Shown: positions 13,331 through 27,724, numbered from the stretch's first letter. The stretch: DNA of 64,000 nucleotides from Rhizophagus irregularis (GCF_026210795.1 NC_089429.1:2790001-2854000); one strand, 5' to 3'. Notes: generated by a model from the letters alone, not told the origin. Numbers and translations: made by a program.

Positions 13331-16300
13331 CCGGTGGTTAACATCACCGGTATCACATGACATTATAAAAATCATGTGACTTCAACATTTTTTACGATCA
13401 AAAAAATTTTATTTTTTTTTAATAAAAGACAAAGTACAAAAATCAATATTATAACTAAATTTAATTGGCTATATATCATTGATTTTGTTTATTACATGTC
13501 CTAGCATTGTGACCTGGTTCCCCACAAACTTTACATATATAGGTTTTCCAATTTGATGTATTTTCGCTCCTTTCTTGTCTTTGTGTATTAAAATCACTAC
13601 TAGTATTGGTATCAAGTACATTAAAAGGTGTTCTTGATGAAGACGCTTGTCTGAGGATGTTGTTGCACTTCACATACATACAAGTTAGGATCAGATGGAT
13701 TTATTGCACTATTTTTTGTACTAACATGACGTGAATTTGTACGAGCTGCTTAATCCGTTTATTTGGTGGATGTCCAAGTCATTTCTGAACTATAGGATCT
13801 AAAATCTGTAGATTTTCTTCATTGTTTTTATCGTTCGTTTGATCTTTAATAATATTTTTCTTGCAATTAATAAACTTATTAATCATATCAATAATTTCAT
13901 TTTCACATCCCAAATCAAGAGCTAAATTAAGAGCTTTCTTCATCTTTCCAAACCCATATGCATACTTAACTTTCCTTTGTAAACATTGTTTAATATTATT
14001 TGTAAATACGTCTGGTATTCTAAGTTGCTTAAATATATGCAAATCAGTTACTAAAGCAGTATTGTTATCATCTTGTTGAAACTGTGTTACTATTCCAACA
14101 GTTTCATCTTGTAAATTTGCTTGAATGTATTGATCTTGAATATCCTCTATATACCATCGTCTGGCAATAAGACCAATGTTAAATTTCGCCACCTTTGAAT
14201 TTATCATAACTTGAAAATAATGTAAACATACAAGTCCACGATTAATTATAGCCAAACAAGTACATAAATGACCACCATCTATTAATAATATAATATAATG
14301 CTTGTAGGTTTTTTTGGTAAGGCTATAAAGTTCCCAAATTTCTATAATGTCAGACAGTTCTATTTCTTCCAATAAAGAAAATAGAGAAGTTTGCGGTCTA
14401 TTCAAATGATCTTCAAGAAATCCTTCATTATAGTTACATTGATCATCATCCTAATTAAGAAATGTAACATTTCGCATATAGTTATATGACATCAGTGGCT
14501 TTTTTTTCACTTCGTTACAAATCTCAAAACACTAAATTTTTAAAGTTTCATACCTTTATTGTATTAATTGACTCTTTAGAAATAATCTTAGTACAATATA
14601 ACAAAGAACCAAGAATTTGTTGTTGTTGAACTGACAAAATATGAGGAGTTAAATATTTCTTCATTAATTCAACAACCTTAGGAAATATGGGTTCAATAAT
14701 TGAAGGTACCTGGTTAGTTGGAAGACTTTGAAGATATGCATTATGTCGAGCCCATTGTGCTTTATTGTTTAATAATTTTTGAATTTGAATATGTAAATTA
14801 CACAGTGAAGTAGTACTACTGGTGCTTTCTTTAATTAAATGGTTCATAACTTCAACCCTTTGTGTACTTTAAATACCCGCTGTAAAACACTTAGTTTGAT
14901 AGCATCTTGCCCATGTTTGATAACAATTATTCAAAGTTCGATTAAGATACTCTTGGGTTTGTGAATATTTTTCAAGTAATCGTGTCCAACGCCGGTGAAA
15001 ATCATTCACAAATAGACTATTTCGGGTATGTAGAAATTCCTTATAAAATGATTGGTATTCTTTGCCTAATTTACCTGCTAAATTTTTTCGTAGGTTTTCT
15101 TGAATGTGAAAAATGCAAAGAAAATGATGTGATTCAGGGAATTTTGATGTCACTGCATTTATTAAAGCAGGATCTGCATCAGAAAATAAGCAAGTAGGCG
15201 GATTATTATTAGTTGTTTGAAGAAGACAATCAAGAAACCATTCATAACTTTCAATTGTCCCATCTTCTGATAAACATTGAGCAACAAGACGGCTTTTAGT
15301 ATTATTATCAACTATGACTAAAAGAGTTAAATACATATCAAACCAATTGGTTTGGCATGTATTATCAATTTGTACAATATCATTATATCGCAAAAGACAT
15401 TGATGCTGATTAGGAGACATCTAGAATAAGCCCACAAGACGATTATCAAAAGGATCAAGTCTTGTGTAAATAATCCACCCAGGCTTCGATCTTAGCTCAA
15501 ATAATTTGTTAATCATATTCGAAAGATCTCCACGTCGATTTGTAGCCGCGATTTAAACTTTTGAATTGCATTGTAAAGATCTCTTTTATAAATATACTGA
15601 TCTGGAAAACTTGCAACCAATAATGGATATATTTGTTTAGATTCCATATTTCCTTTATTAACATAGAATTCGATCTTTTCAAGTATTTCATTTGATAATT
15701 TGCGATAAGGTGCGTATAAATGTATATCAGTGATCATACTATAATTATGTTCACCAGTAATGCTCGTGATGCTTACTTCTGTTGATGATTTAGGCATTGT
15801 AAGATTTATATGCCATGGACATATAATTTTTTGAGATGAACGTTGTCGTTGATGAGTTATATCAATTATTTGATTAGAAATAGATTTACCTGAAAAAGAA
15901 CATTCAAATGTTCGACATCGCACAATTCTATTATTATCAGATTCAACGCGTTTTCTTCTCAAGGAAAATCCAGCAAATTTAGCATATTGATTAAGCTTTA
16001 TTTCTGCATCCTCCCATGTAGAAAATGAAGTACCAACTTTAATGTCAATATTAGATTCATCTGACATTATACCTTCTAGTTGATCATTTAGGATATTAGA
16101 TACATATGTTTCGTTATGTTTATCTTTATCCATACTTGTATATAATAGCAAAATCAAATGAAAGAATAAAACAGTTGAAGTGTAAAGGATAAAGATTATA
16201 GAGAAAAGTAATGTGTTCAGCAAAATAATAATTTAAACGTGTTTAATGGGGAAGAGTAATGGGAGTAGAGTTCCAATCTGCCATCTGACGGATAATCACA

Positions 16301-16872
16301 TTTTGACAGTTGTACGCTCATTTAATTAATATAAAAGAGCATTTTTTTTTAAGGATATCCTAAGAGCATAATACAGTATATAATTTAATAAATAAACTTT
16401 TATTTCAAAAATGAAAGTGAGGAGAAATTAGGAACGGATTAAAATATCATCCGACAGATGAAAATTTCAATCTGACTAAGATTTCACCCCATTTATTTTA
16501 TGTTCAATTAATTAAATAATGCATAGTCTGATCACCTTACATCGAATGCAGTTCCTAAATTATAAATTATGAAACATAAATGTCTCTTTCCAAAAATAAA
16601 TGAGAAGAGATTGATCATCTGTCGGATGACGGATTGAAACTCTAAATGGGAGAGTAACGAAGAGTAAGAAAAGACATAAGCCACAATTAGCCAATTAAAC
16701 AATAAACAATAAATAAACTGAAACAATAGATAGTGTGTATCATTATTAAATTTAGATAATGCACTAAGCATCTTTAAATTAATTTTACTATTTTTAAACA
16801 ATAAACACGAAATTTAATAATAATAAACATATAATGATAATATCACGTGACTGCAGTGATTTTAACCACCCG
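13331..16872 (-). mobile_element. MULE/Mutator DNA transposon
   Basis: Imperfect TIRs c(c/g)ggtggttaa.atcac at 13331 and 16872 enclose a FAR1-like transposase; no TSD is recognisable. Confidence 0.8.
13476..16133 (-). pseudogene. MULE (FAR1-like) transposase pseudogene
   Basis: FAR1 domain (YAKFAGFSLR...CPWHIN), MULE core (QIDNTCQTN, FSDADPAL, HFLCIFHI), SWIM finger (CTCLAIINRGLVCLH) and C-terminal knuckle CKVCGEPGHNARTC; frameshifted. Confidence 0.9.
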
Positions 16873-17369
16873 TTATTTAAAGTAATATTATATTAGTTAT
16901 ATTTCTTATATTTATTATAACTATTATATTTATTATATCTTTATATGTAGTAACTTTTATATAAATAACGTTGGTATTTTCCTTTGTTATAAGTTAAGTT
17001 CCTTCAGTTCACTTTAGTTCCTATAAGTTATTATTCTTGTAATTATAAAGTTCTATAATAAAGTATAACCTTTTACACTATAAACGAACTCCCTATTTTA
17101 AGCGTGTCTTGTTTGATTGGATTTCAGTCATAGTTAAACATACTTAATCTTTCTGACTGCAAATCATAGTTAATCTATTCAACGTACCGAATTGGTTAAT
17201 ATCGCACTAAATGGACCTATCCTTTATTAACTAAACGTGATTCTGCTAGTGTGGCTAAAGGATTTGTGAAACTTTTTAATTCCCGAATATGCCCAATTAT
17301 CTGGTCTAAAGTTAAAATTTTAATGGTAGATAGGGGCGTAGAATTCCAAGGTAATGTTATCATACTAAT

Positions 17370-17669
17370 TATACATGCTGCCCAAATTATTTAGGGATGT
17401 CATAATTATAATTTGGGATGCCATAATTCATTTAATTTACATATAATTTACTATGTAAAGTGCCAAAATAATTTGGGATGCTATAATTGAATTTGGGATT
17501 TTACACAGGTCGAAAAGTTAAAAATCAGGCACCAATCGGTCACCAATCAGGTAGCTGATTGGTGACTGATTGGTGACTGATTGGTGACTGATTGATGCCT
17601 GATTTTTCACTTTTTGACCTGTGTTACTTATAATTATGGCAGCCCAAAATAATTTAAGTGGCATGTATA
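17370..17669. mobile_element. hAT-type MITE inserted in the integrase
   Basis: TIR tatacatgc; perfect 8-bp TSD atactaat (17362-17369, 17670-17677). Removal restores VIILMNEH. Confidence 0.9.
17504..17623. mobile_element. 120-bp MITE with CACAGGTC termini nested in the hAT MITE
   Basis: TTA|cacaggtcgaaa ... ttgacctgtg|TTA, with internal tgattggtgac repeats. Confidence 0.85.
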
Positions 17670-18675
17670 ATACTAATGAACGAACATGGTATCCAAATTC
17701 AACTAGCTAATTCTAAAGAATCTATGGGTATTGTTGAGAGATTTAATTGTACACTTCAAGAATGGGTATTCTTTATTCAAGATAGTGTTGAAATGAGATT
17801 ACCTTCTACTAAGCACTGTCGAGCTTGGGTAAAAAACCTTCCAATTTTTCTTGTAGAGCTTGACAATTCTGTAACTCGACTTCTGGGTATTTCTCCTGCT
17901 AAAGCTCGAAAAAAAGAACATGTCTTTGCTAAAACTTCCAAGCCACAAGAAAGACCTATTGGGTTTGATAAACCTAGATTATCCCATGATGTCTTAATAA
18001 GATATTTGCTTAATCCTGGTGAATTAGAAAGTGGAAGACGATGTGCAACTAATTGTAATTGATCTCCCCAAATTTATCATATTCATGAATCTCTAGTGCA
18101 AAAAAATCAGCCGGTCTTGTACTGGCTAATAGCTAGATGATGAGGGCAATAGCCCAAAAAGATCTTTTGTAAGAAAAAAGCTTTAAATCGAAAGGCCATC
18201 CAGATGGGTGCTTACGAATTAGATTTCTAATTCATGAAGTTTAAGCATTTCGTTTACTTCTTCTATAGATCTTTTTGTATAACCTCTTCTTGGCTCGCAA
18301 ATAAAAGATATAATTTGTATAACTTTTCGATACTCTGATACACTTCTTCATTATACCAGTCTTTGTAATCTGCCATTCTTTCATTATAGGCTTTCTCATT
18401 TGGAGCTTGTTGCTTTGCTACATATCTGCAATGATCATCTGGGTCCCTTTTACGTCACATTGTTTTCAAATAACCTACATATGTCAATCCCATTTTATCA
18501 TATTTTTTTGTACCTTGGCTATATGCTATTTTGATTATCTCAACTAATGCCAATTCGATATCTTTATAGTTAACAATTTTGAATGTTTGTATTAATATAG
18601 CAAAAACTTTTGTTTAAAATAAAATATTTATTTCTTATTACCATGATAGGTGAATATTATTGCAATTATTTACTC

Positions 18676-18864
18676 ATGACTGAATACGTCTGTAGACAGA
18701 CTTGTCGTCAGCCTAAAGGATGTTTTGAGCATTGGCCCCGCATCCCCTGTAAGGTTTGTAAGAAGCCGACTAGCTCGAATCTGGCCTTTGTGAAAGCACT
18801 GGTACTTGGTACTTATTATGTAACCCATATTTTAATAGGTTTCGGGATAAAGCTAATGCGATGA
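18676..18864 (+). pseudogene. Small Cys-rich (zinc-binding) ORF next to the integrase
   Basis: MTEYVCRQTCRQPKGCFEHWPRIPCKVCKKPTSS. Confidence 0.4.
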
Positions 18865-19608
18865 TTTAATTTAGATGTAAATTGATGAATTGCTTCTAGA
18901 GCTGTCAGCAAATAAAACTGAAGAAGCAGGAGAGCAGGGTTAGTGACGGGTTAGTGTCAGGCTAGTAATGGGATAGTAACAGACTAGTAATGAGCTAGTG
19001 ACGAGCTAGTGTTAAGAATCCTAGAAGTTAATATATACATGTATATGCATTTATATCATATTATTTTGTCTAGAGGTAATCCTATTTGCCTCATATAATA
19101 GCATACATTAAATAAGGTAGCATACTTATTCTTCTATATCAAACGCACATTTATATCTGACTTTTTTACACCTATAGTAATACTTCCTATTCATACCCAT
19201 TTTTTTTTACATTCATAGTAATACTCTCTATCTATATCTGATTTTTTTTTCATACCATAGGTGTAAATTTTTATTATGTCAGAATTATAATCAGGAAGGC
19301 GCGCAAAGGTAAGAAAACAAATTTATGATTTAAATAAGTAAGAAGGACTAGAGTACATTATTTGTCAAACTATCATTCTTGAAGTTTTCAGGCGAAAATA
19401 ACTTGGTCTATACATACTTACTACTAGATATACATTTTTATTATATCAAGATTATAATCAGGAAGGCGCGCAAAGGCAAGAAAATAAATTAGTAATTTTA
19501 TTAAGAAAGAGGGGACTAGAAAACATTCTAAGAATACGAATTTTATTGATATACTAGAACTATATTTTGAGAGCCCTAGAATGGTGAAATTAATAGGTAT
19601 TCATTTTA

Positions 19609-21768
19609 CACAGGTAAAACGCTGACCAATCGGGTACCTACCCGATTGGTAACTTTTTTTTTGATCAGTCACCTGATTTATTCAATAAGTTAGAAATTGG
19701 TGTACACTTCAATCGGGTATCAATCAGGTTCATACCCGATTGATAACTATCGTTCAGTTTAAATTTACCGATTGATTTCTATTGTTTCAATTAGATTATT
19801 GATAAACTATTTTTCTTTAACTAAAATTAAACTATTTTATACTATTGAAATTTACACTAACATTTTTTTCGAACATTTACTTTTGAAACTTAAAAAAAAG
19901 TTTAAACTATTTCATACTATCTTTAACATTTTTTTTCAAACATTTACTTTTGAAACTTTTAAAAAAATTTTTTTTTTAGGAAATTAGTTCTGATTTGGAT
20001 ACCGGAATCCCACAAAAGTTTCAAACATTTTACTTTCGAAACTTTATTAAACTGAAAAAACCATTTATTTGAAGATATTAATAAACGATTTTTAACATTT
20101 TTTTTTAACATTTTATTGTAGGAAATCGATTATAACGAATCCCATAGGTGAGTTTCGAAAAATAATTTTTCAAAACTCACTTTTTTTTAATATTCAATTA
20201 TAGGGAATCAGCTATAATGAATCCCATAGGTGAGTTTTAAAAAATAATTTTTCAAAACTCATTTTTTTTTATTATTCAATTGTAGGGAATCGGTTATAAC
20301 GAATCCCATAGGTTAATTTTGAAAAATAATTTTTCGAAACTATTAAAAAACGTTTTTAACATTTTTTTTCTAATATACTATTATAGGGAATCGGTTACAA
20401 CGAATCCCATAGGTGAGTTTTGAAAAATAATTTTTCAAAACTCATTTTTTTTTATTATTCAATTATAGGGAATCGGTTATAACAAATCCCATAGGTGAGT
20501 TTTGAAAAATTCTTTTTCAAAACTATTAAAAAACGGTTTTAACATTTTTTTTCTAATACACTATTATAGGGAATCGGTTACAACGAATCCCATAGGTGAG
20601 TTTTGAAAAAATTTTTTGAAACTCTTTTTTTTTAATATACAATTATAGGGAATCGGTTATAACGAATCTCATAGATTAGTTTCGAAAAATAATTTTTCAA
20701 AACTATTAAAAAATGTTTTTAACGTTTTTTTTATTATTCAAATATAGGGAATCGGTTACAACGAATCCCATAGGTTAGTTTCGAAAAATAATTTTTCAAA
20801 ACTATTAAAAACCGTTTTAACATTTTTTTAAAACGTTTTTTTTTAATATTCAATTATAGGGAATCTGTTATAACGAATCCCATAGGTAAGTTTTAAAAAT
20901 TATTTTTCGAAACTATTAAAAAAATGTTAACTAACGTTTTTTTATTATTCTATTATAGGAAATCGGTTATAACGAATCCCATAGGTAAGTTTCAAAAAAT
21001 ATTTTTTCGAAACTATTAAAAAAACGTTAACGTTTTTTTTTTAATTCTTTTATAGAGAATCGGTATAACGAATCCCATAGGTAAGTTTTGAAAAATATTT
21101 TTTTGAAACTATTAAAAAAACGTTTTTAACGTTGTTTTTTAAATGTTCTATTATAGGGAATCGGTATAACGAATCCCATAGAATCCCATAAGTAAAAAAA
21201 CGGTAATAAACGTTTTTTTATTATTCTATTATAGGGAATCAGCTCTGATAGATGTATATACCAGAATCCTATAAGTAAGTTTTAACTTTTGAAACTTTTT
21301 TTAAAAAACTTTCTTTAATGTTTTTTTATTTCTTTTGTAGGGAATTTGCTCCAACCTGGATACCGGATTCCAGATAAAATTTCAGTATTAGTAGTATTTC
21401 TGATTTTGTATTTTTAATAATTAATAAATTTAAATTATTAAATGTAATTATTGTAAAATATCAAATAAATTTAAATAAAAATATATGCAATCGGCAGATT
21501 TCTTATTGTTATAAATTTATCAAAAAGTTATCAATCAGTATACTGATATGTTAAATAGTAAATATCCAGTAAATATCCTATTGGTAACTATTAATACCCG
21601 ATTATACTCTATTGAATATCCCGATTGGTACCTGAGTATCCTTCTTTTGCGACATCTTTTGGCAACAATCAGGTTTACCGATTGATGAAAAATTTTAAAA
21701 AAATAGGGACCAATCGGGTGGAATTCAGTCACCTGATTGGTTCCCAATTTGATATCGTTCGACTAGTG
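19609..21768. mobile_element. Non-autonomous CACTA-like element
   Basis: Termini CACAGGT (19609) and CACTAGT (reverse complement ending 21768), shared ccaatc(g/a)ggt subterminal motifs, internal tandem array; no clean TSD. Confidence 0.55.
20115..21240. repeat. Tandem array of roughly 80-110-bp units
   Basis: About a dozen copies of the core tatagggaatcggttataacgaatcccataggt, separated by variable A/T tracts. Confidence 0.9.
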
Positions 21769-22411
21769 ATTCATAAAATATTTGTGATTATTATGTAATC
21801 CAAATATATTCTAATAAAATAGCAAGATAATTGCATTATAATAATAGTTATTATAATATAAATATAATTATTTTGACTTCTAGTAATTCAATTTGAACAA
21901 ACTTTTTTTTTATTTTGTAAAGCTATATTTGTAGAGCTAAATGAAAACTATAAATTAAAAAAAAAGTTTATTAAAAATTGGATCACTAGAAGTCAAGATA
22001 ATTGTATTATAGTAATTATATATAAAAATAATTAAATTACTTATATTTATATTTAGATATATAATTTTGATGATTGCATCCTTCTGGGTGAATATAGTTC
22101 ATGGTAATTTGTTTGTATGATATATAAACTTAATATCAATAAAGCATATATAAATCATTTAAAAAATATATATATATATATATATTTAAATATACAGTTA
22201 ACTCTTGTTATAACAAATTCTAGGGTCCAGACAGGACCTCAAACAATATATATATAGGTCAGATAAAAAATTCAAAATTTACTAAGGTCAATAAGCAAAT
22301 ATTTTTCATGTCTGCTAAGCAAACTTTTATCTAACCCATAAATTTTTTACACTGCTAAGCAATTTATTTTATGACATATATATATTTATATATAATTTTT
22401 TTTATAAAATA

Positions 22412-22769
22412 CTAGTGTTCACCTGTTGTCTACGACAACAGTTAATATGTAATTCCGGCCAGAATTAAAAGATCTGCAAAGAATTTCCTTTTTTGGAAAT
22501 TTGAGCAACACAATTTTTTTAATTTCTCTGAAAAGTAACAGAAGACAAATTTCCTTTTTTGGAAATTTGAGTAACTGACAATTTCCTTTTATGGAATCCT
22601 GTATAACCCAAAATTTCAGTTTTTCGCCAGAAATAAAATTTCCTTTTTTGGTCTTGTGTAATATTTGCGACGAATAGGAGTAGGGTTACACAATTCAAAT
22701 GACTTATTTATATGATTAATCTAAACATAACGCCCACATGATTGCAGTGTTTTTTAATATATAGATAGA
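22412..22769 (-). mobile_element. Non-autonomous Helitron
   Basis: On the minus strand: 5' A|TCTATCTATATATTAAAAAAC, 3' hairpin CTGTTGTC-GTA-GACAACAG then GTGAACACTAG|T; inserted at AT with no TSD. Confidence 0.85.
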
Positions 22770-23639
22770 TGTATATAAAAAAAACTAAAAAAACAAAAAT
22801 TTTTGAAATAATGTATGGATAAAGCTATTATTATTTTTTTGTAATATTACAACTTATAAATGTTTCTTATTAATATTTCGTATATCTGTTCTGTGACTTT
22901 AGAGCGTAATTTAGGCACATTAGTCAAAGGAAACATTTAAATCCTTCTTAAGTAAAGTTGTTCAGCAGGTTCGAATCTACTTATATATAAATTTTTATCA
23001 TGATTGAATATATATTTATGGATTTATTCATGTTTTTTGTAACACTACCTAGTGTTCTGAACGGATCGGATCAGACCGGATTTTAGTCAAATCTGATCTG
23101 ATCCGAATTCGAATCAAATAAAATCAGATTCGATTCGATCCGATTCGGATCTGAATTAGATTCGATCTGATCCGATTCGAATCCGAATTAGATTCGATCC
23201 GATCTGATCCGAATCCCAACTGATTTGATCTGATCCGATCCGGATCCGATCCAGATCCGAATCAGTTTTCATAATTAAATCAAATAAAAAAGTCTTTCAC
23301 AACATTTTTTTTTAATATAGTTATAAGACGTTGCGAAATGACTTTTTATTGACAAATTATCAAATAAAAAATATTTTTCGCAACGTTTTTATTAATACAG
23401 TTAAAAACTATTGCGAAAACGATTTTTATCGGTAAATTATCAAATAAAAACGTTTCGCAACATTTTTCATTAATACAGTTAAAAAACGTTGCGAAAGACG
23501 TTTTTTTATTAAATAAATATCTTTTCGCTACTTTTTTTACTAACACGGTTAAAAACTGTTGGGAAAAGCATTTTTTTTGTTAATGTATAAATAAAAACGT
23601 TAAAAAAACGGTGTTATATTATGAAAAAAATGACATTTC

Positions 23640-25230
23640 AGCATCTTTTCATATTATTTTATGAAAAAAGATGCTGAAAAGGCATCTTTTTCATTTTTTT
23701 TACAAAAAAGATGCTGAAACGGCATCTTTTCGTATTGTTTCATAAAAAGAGATGCCATTCGGCATCTTTTCGTATTATTTTATGAAAAAGATGCTGAAAC
23801 AGCATTTTTTCATTTTTTTTTATCAAAAAAGATGTCGAAACAGCATCTTTTCGTATTATTTCATGAAAAAGATGTTGAAACGCATCTTTTCGTATTATTT
23901 TATGAAAAAGATGCCAAACAGCATTTTTTTGTTTTTTTTATCGAAAAAGATAAAACTTTGCAGCATCTTTTCATATTAATTCATTAAAAGAGATGCCGAA
24001 ACGGCATCTTTTCGTATTATTTTATGAAAAAGATGCCGAAACGGCATTTTTTTTTATTTTTTTATCAAAAAAGATGCCATTTCAGCGTCTTTTCGTATTA
24101 TTTTATGAAAAAAGATGCCGAAACAGCATCTCTTTCATTTTTTTTATCAAAAAAGATGCCATTTTGCATCTTTTTCATTTTTTTATCAAAAAAGATGACG
24201 TTTCAGCATCTTTTCATATTATTTCATGAAAAGAGATGCCGAAACGGCATTTTTTTCATTTTTATCGAAAAAGATGCCGCTTTCAAGATCTTTTCATATT
24301 ATTTCATTTGAAAAGAGATCTTAAACGCATCTTTTCGTATTATTCATGAGAGATGCGAAACGGCATCTTTTCGTATTATTTCATTTGAAAAAGAGCATGC
24401 CAAACGGCATCTTTTCGTATTATTTCATTTGAAAAGAGATGCCAAATGGCATCTTTTCGATTATTATTTTATGAAGAGATCGAAAGCGCACTATTTTCGT
24501 ATTATTTAGAAAAGATGCTTTGAAACGGCATTTTTTTCATTTTTTTATCAAAAAAGATGCTGTTTCAAGGCTTTTCGTATTATTTTATGAAAAAAGATGC
24601 TGAAACGGCATCTCTTTCATTTTTTTTTATCAAAAAAGATGCTGTTTCGCATCTTTTTCATTTTTTTATCAAAAAAGATGCCGAAACGACATCTTTTTGT
24701 ATTATTTCATGAAAAGAGATGCCGAAATGGCATTTTTTTCATTTTTTATCAAAAAAGATGCCGAAATGGCATCTTTTCGTATTATTTCATGAAAAGAGAT
24801 GCTGAAACGCATCTTTTCGTATTATTTCAGCGAAAAGAGATGCTGAAATGGCATCTTTTCGTATTATTTTATGAAAAAGATCTTTGAAACGGCATTTTTT
24901 TCATTTTTTTATCAAAAAAAGATGCCGAAACAGCATCTTTTCGTATTATTTCATGAAAAGTGATGCCATTTCAGCATCTTTTCGTATTATTTTATGAAAA
25001 AAGATACCGAAACGGCATTTTTTCATTTTTTTTTATCAAAAGTATGTTTGCTGCATTTTTTTCATTTTTTTTTATCAAAAAAAGATGCTGTTTCGGCATT
25101 TTTTTCATTTTTTTTATCAAAAAAGATGCTGTTTCGGCATCTTTTCATATCATTTTATGAAAAAAAATGCCGTTTTTCAGCGTCTTTTTCATTTTTTTTA
25201 TCAAAAAAGCACCGAATTAGCGTTTTTTCA
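23640..25230. repeat. Tandem array, about 39-bp palindromic unit
   Basis: Repeats of aaaagatgccgaaacggcatctttt followed by cgtattattt or catttttttatc. Confidence 0.95.
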
Positions 25231-25409
25231 TAAAATTCTGATTTAATCTTTTAATTTATTGATGGTCAATTAACAAGTCTGCTTGACTTTACACATTATG
25301 TTTCATTTAAACTTTATTTATAATTAAATCTATTTACAAATGAATTAAACCTATTTATAATAATAGAGATATTATCAAAGATAAAATAAGAAATATTAAA
25401 ATTATTAAA

Positions 25410-27579
25410 CTAACTACTGTTAAACAATGATAACGACCACCACGACCTTAAACATAAACACATTCTTATAGTTTTCCCAACCAACCGGTTTCTTTTATCA
25501 GTAATCAAATTTTTTCCCCATGAAAAAACTTGCTAACGTAGTACTTTACTGGCTGATTAATAAAAAATCACGTGCCATTTTAGCAAGCTTGGAAATTGTT
25601 GCTCATTATTCTTCCACCATTCAAGTGGATCTTCATTTCCATCAAGCTGGGGTAAAGAAAGATATATTTGGTATTCATCAGCAGAACTTTCCACACGATG
25701 ACGTTTGAATACACGGGACATTACTGACTTTTTTTTATTAGGAGTTTCAGTTTGATCAGATTGAATAGAAACAGCATATGATTTATTATACATACTTAAA
25801 AACCTAAAAATTTAATAAAATTATAAAATTAGTATATATAATTGTAAATAATATAAATAATTAGTAAAATACTAACTTTTGTTGAATATCATTTATTAAT
25901 TCATCTCCCCATTCATTATCCTTGTAATATTGTAATTTCAATCTTGGATCCAAAATAGTAGAAATTAAATATGAATAATTTGTCTTGTTGTAATACTCCA
26001 GCAATTTTAATCTGCATATTTTCGCAGCATTTTTTATAATTTGACTCCATTCATTCTCATTGTTGTTGCCACTATTAGCTTCAGATTCATCATCTACATC
26101 TTCAATAACTTCCTCATTTTCATCTCCAATAACATTTACATCTCCAATAACATTTTCAACATGATCAATAAGAATATTATATAAAGGAATAGTAGTAGAA
26201 AGTGTTGGATAAGTAAATCCAAACATTATAGTTGTTACTTCTTTAAATAGAAATAAAAAATCCTTAATTTTTTCAAGTTCAGCCCATTGATTCTCTGTAA
26301 GTAAATATTTTTTAAGATCACGATCATTAAGTGTATGATAACAGAATCAATGGCCTAATTATATAATTAAAATTAATAAATAATTGAAATTATTAAAAAC
26401 TTAATATTTACAAAAATCAACTTACAATTTTTAATTGTAATGATCTTGAAATCATTTCGTAAGTGGAATTCCACCTTGTGGGTACGTCAGGTATAAGTGT
26501 TAAATCCTTTAATTGATTATTTTTACATGCCATTTTTAATTTTTCACGACGTAAAGAAGATGCACAAATTCTATTAACAAGATCTCTAAGCTGTAAGATA
26601 TAATAATTTTATTAGTATTAAAAAAAGAATTTATAAAATAATAAATAAGTTAAATAATAATTTTACCTTAGAAATTTCACTTTCCAATTGGGTCAATGCT
26701 ACTTGAACACTTAAATTAATGACATGGGCAAAACACCTAAAATGATTATCATTTTTATCAAAAAAAATTCTTTTTTCTATTGCCCAATTAGTTAATAAAC
26801 GAATGAATACTGCATTATTTGACGCATTATCTAATGTAATGTCCAACAGTATATGTTGTAATTTCCAGTCCTTATTAATAAAATGTGCAGTTATTGATAA
26901 AAATGATTTGACTGAAGAACTGGTCCAGCAGTCAATTGTAAATGAAATTTTTCCTGGAATATTTAACAAAATATTTTGAACTTTTTCTCTGTCAGTTCTA
27001 TAAAAATTCGAAATATGAGATTTAATTGTGTCAGCACTGGGAATTTTCGCAGTGGGGTGTAATGAATGTATAAAATTGATAAATTCTGGCTCCTCAGCAA
27101 TTGTAAATGCATGTTGTTTAATAACAATCCATTTTACCAGATTATTTATCATTTCATTATGATCATATCGACCACTAAATAATAATACAATTATCTATTA
27201 ATAAATAAAATTTATGAAATAAAAATAAAATAAGAAGTTATTTTTACCTTTGGTGCTTTTAACATTTCTAAAACATTTACTCCAGTTGACTGAGTTTCTT
27301 GCTGTATAGAATGAACATTTTTTAAATGTTTTGTTATATTCGTAGTACTACCCCAGAACATATATAAGTTTTGCTGCAATAAGTACAGGTAGCTCTTTTA
27401 TTATATTTAAAATTTTCATCTTTTTCGAAATGGCTCCATACAAAACTGCCTTGATTATTTTGAGCATTTTCTAACGATTCTAAATTACTTAATCTTCTTG
27501 CTGGTGTTGCCGGTAGGGACGCATCAATTTCATCCTCAGAATTATGACAACTTCCTTCATGTGTTGTTTCTCGGTCCAT
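25410..27579 (-). pseudogene. hAT transposase with BED finger and hATC dimerisation domain, multi-exon, disrupted
   Basis: VWSHF...ATCTYC, ISFTIDCWTS, ITLDNASNN, RCFAHVINL, DVPTRWNSTYEMI, ILDPRLK, DPLEWWK, CLRSW. Confidence 0.92.
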
Positions 27580-27724
27580 AGTTAGCTTTACAAAAAAATA
27601 AACCGAAAATCTTTAAAAAAATTTTTTGGTGCTACATATGTTGGTTGATAAACATCATGATTATCAACTTAGTGTTCCAAACGGATCAAATCGGATGAAT
27701 CTGATTTTGACTCGAATCCATTAT

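Larger units (their letters stand above)
17180..18222 (+). pseudogene. Maverick/Polinton-type rve integrase fragment
   Basis: After removing the MITE: KRDSASVAKGF...LMVDRGVEFQG...GIVERFNCTL...WVKNLP...NSVTRLLGISP...QPVLYWL...PKRSFV. DDE integrase core with no adjacent RT. Confidence 0.7.

Noticed and set aside
20115..21240. CRISPR-like array with a palindromic core of about 33 bp
   Set aside because: The intervening sequences resemble one another, so this is a tandem satellite.
22195..22240. Tc1-like terminus tacagttaactcttg
   Set aside because: No matching opposite end was found.
22965..22980. tRNA T-loop-like gcaggttcgaatctac
   Set aside because: No acceptor, D or anticodon arm is recognisable.
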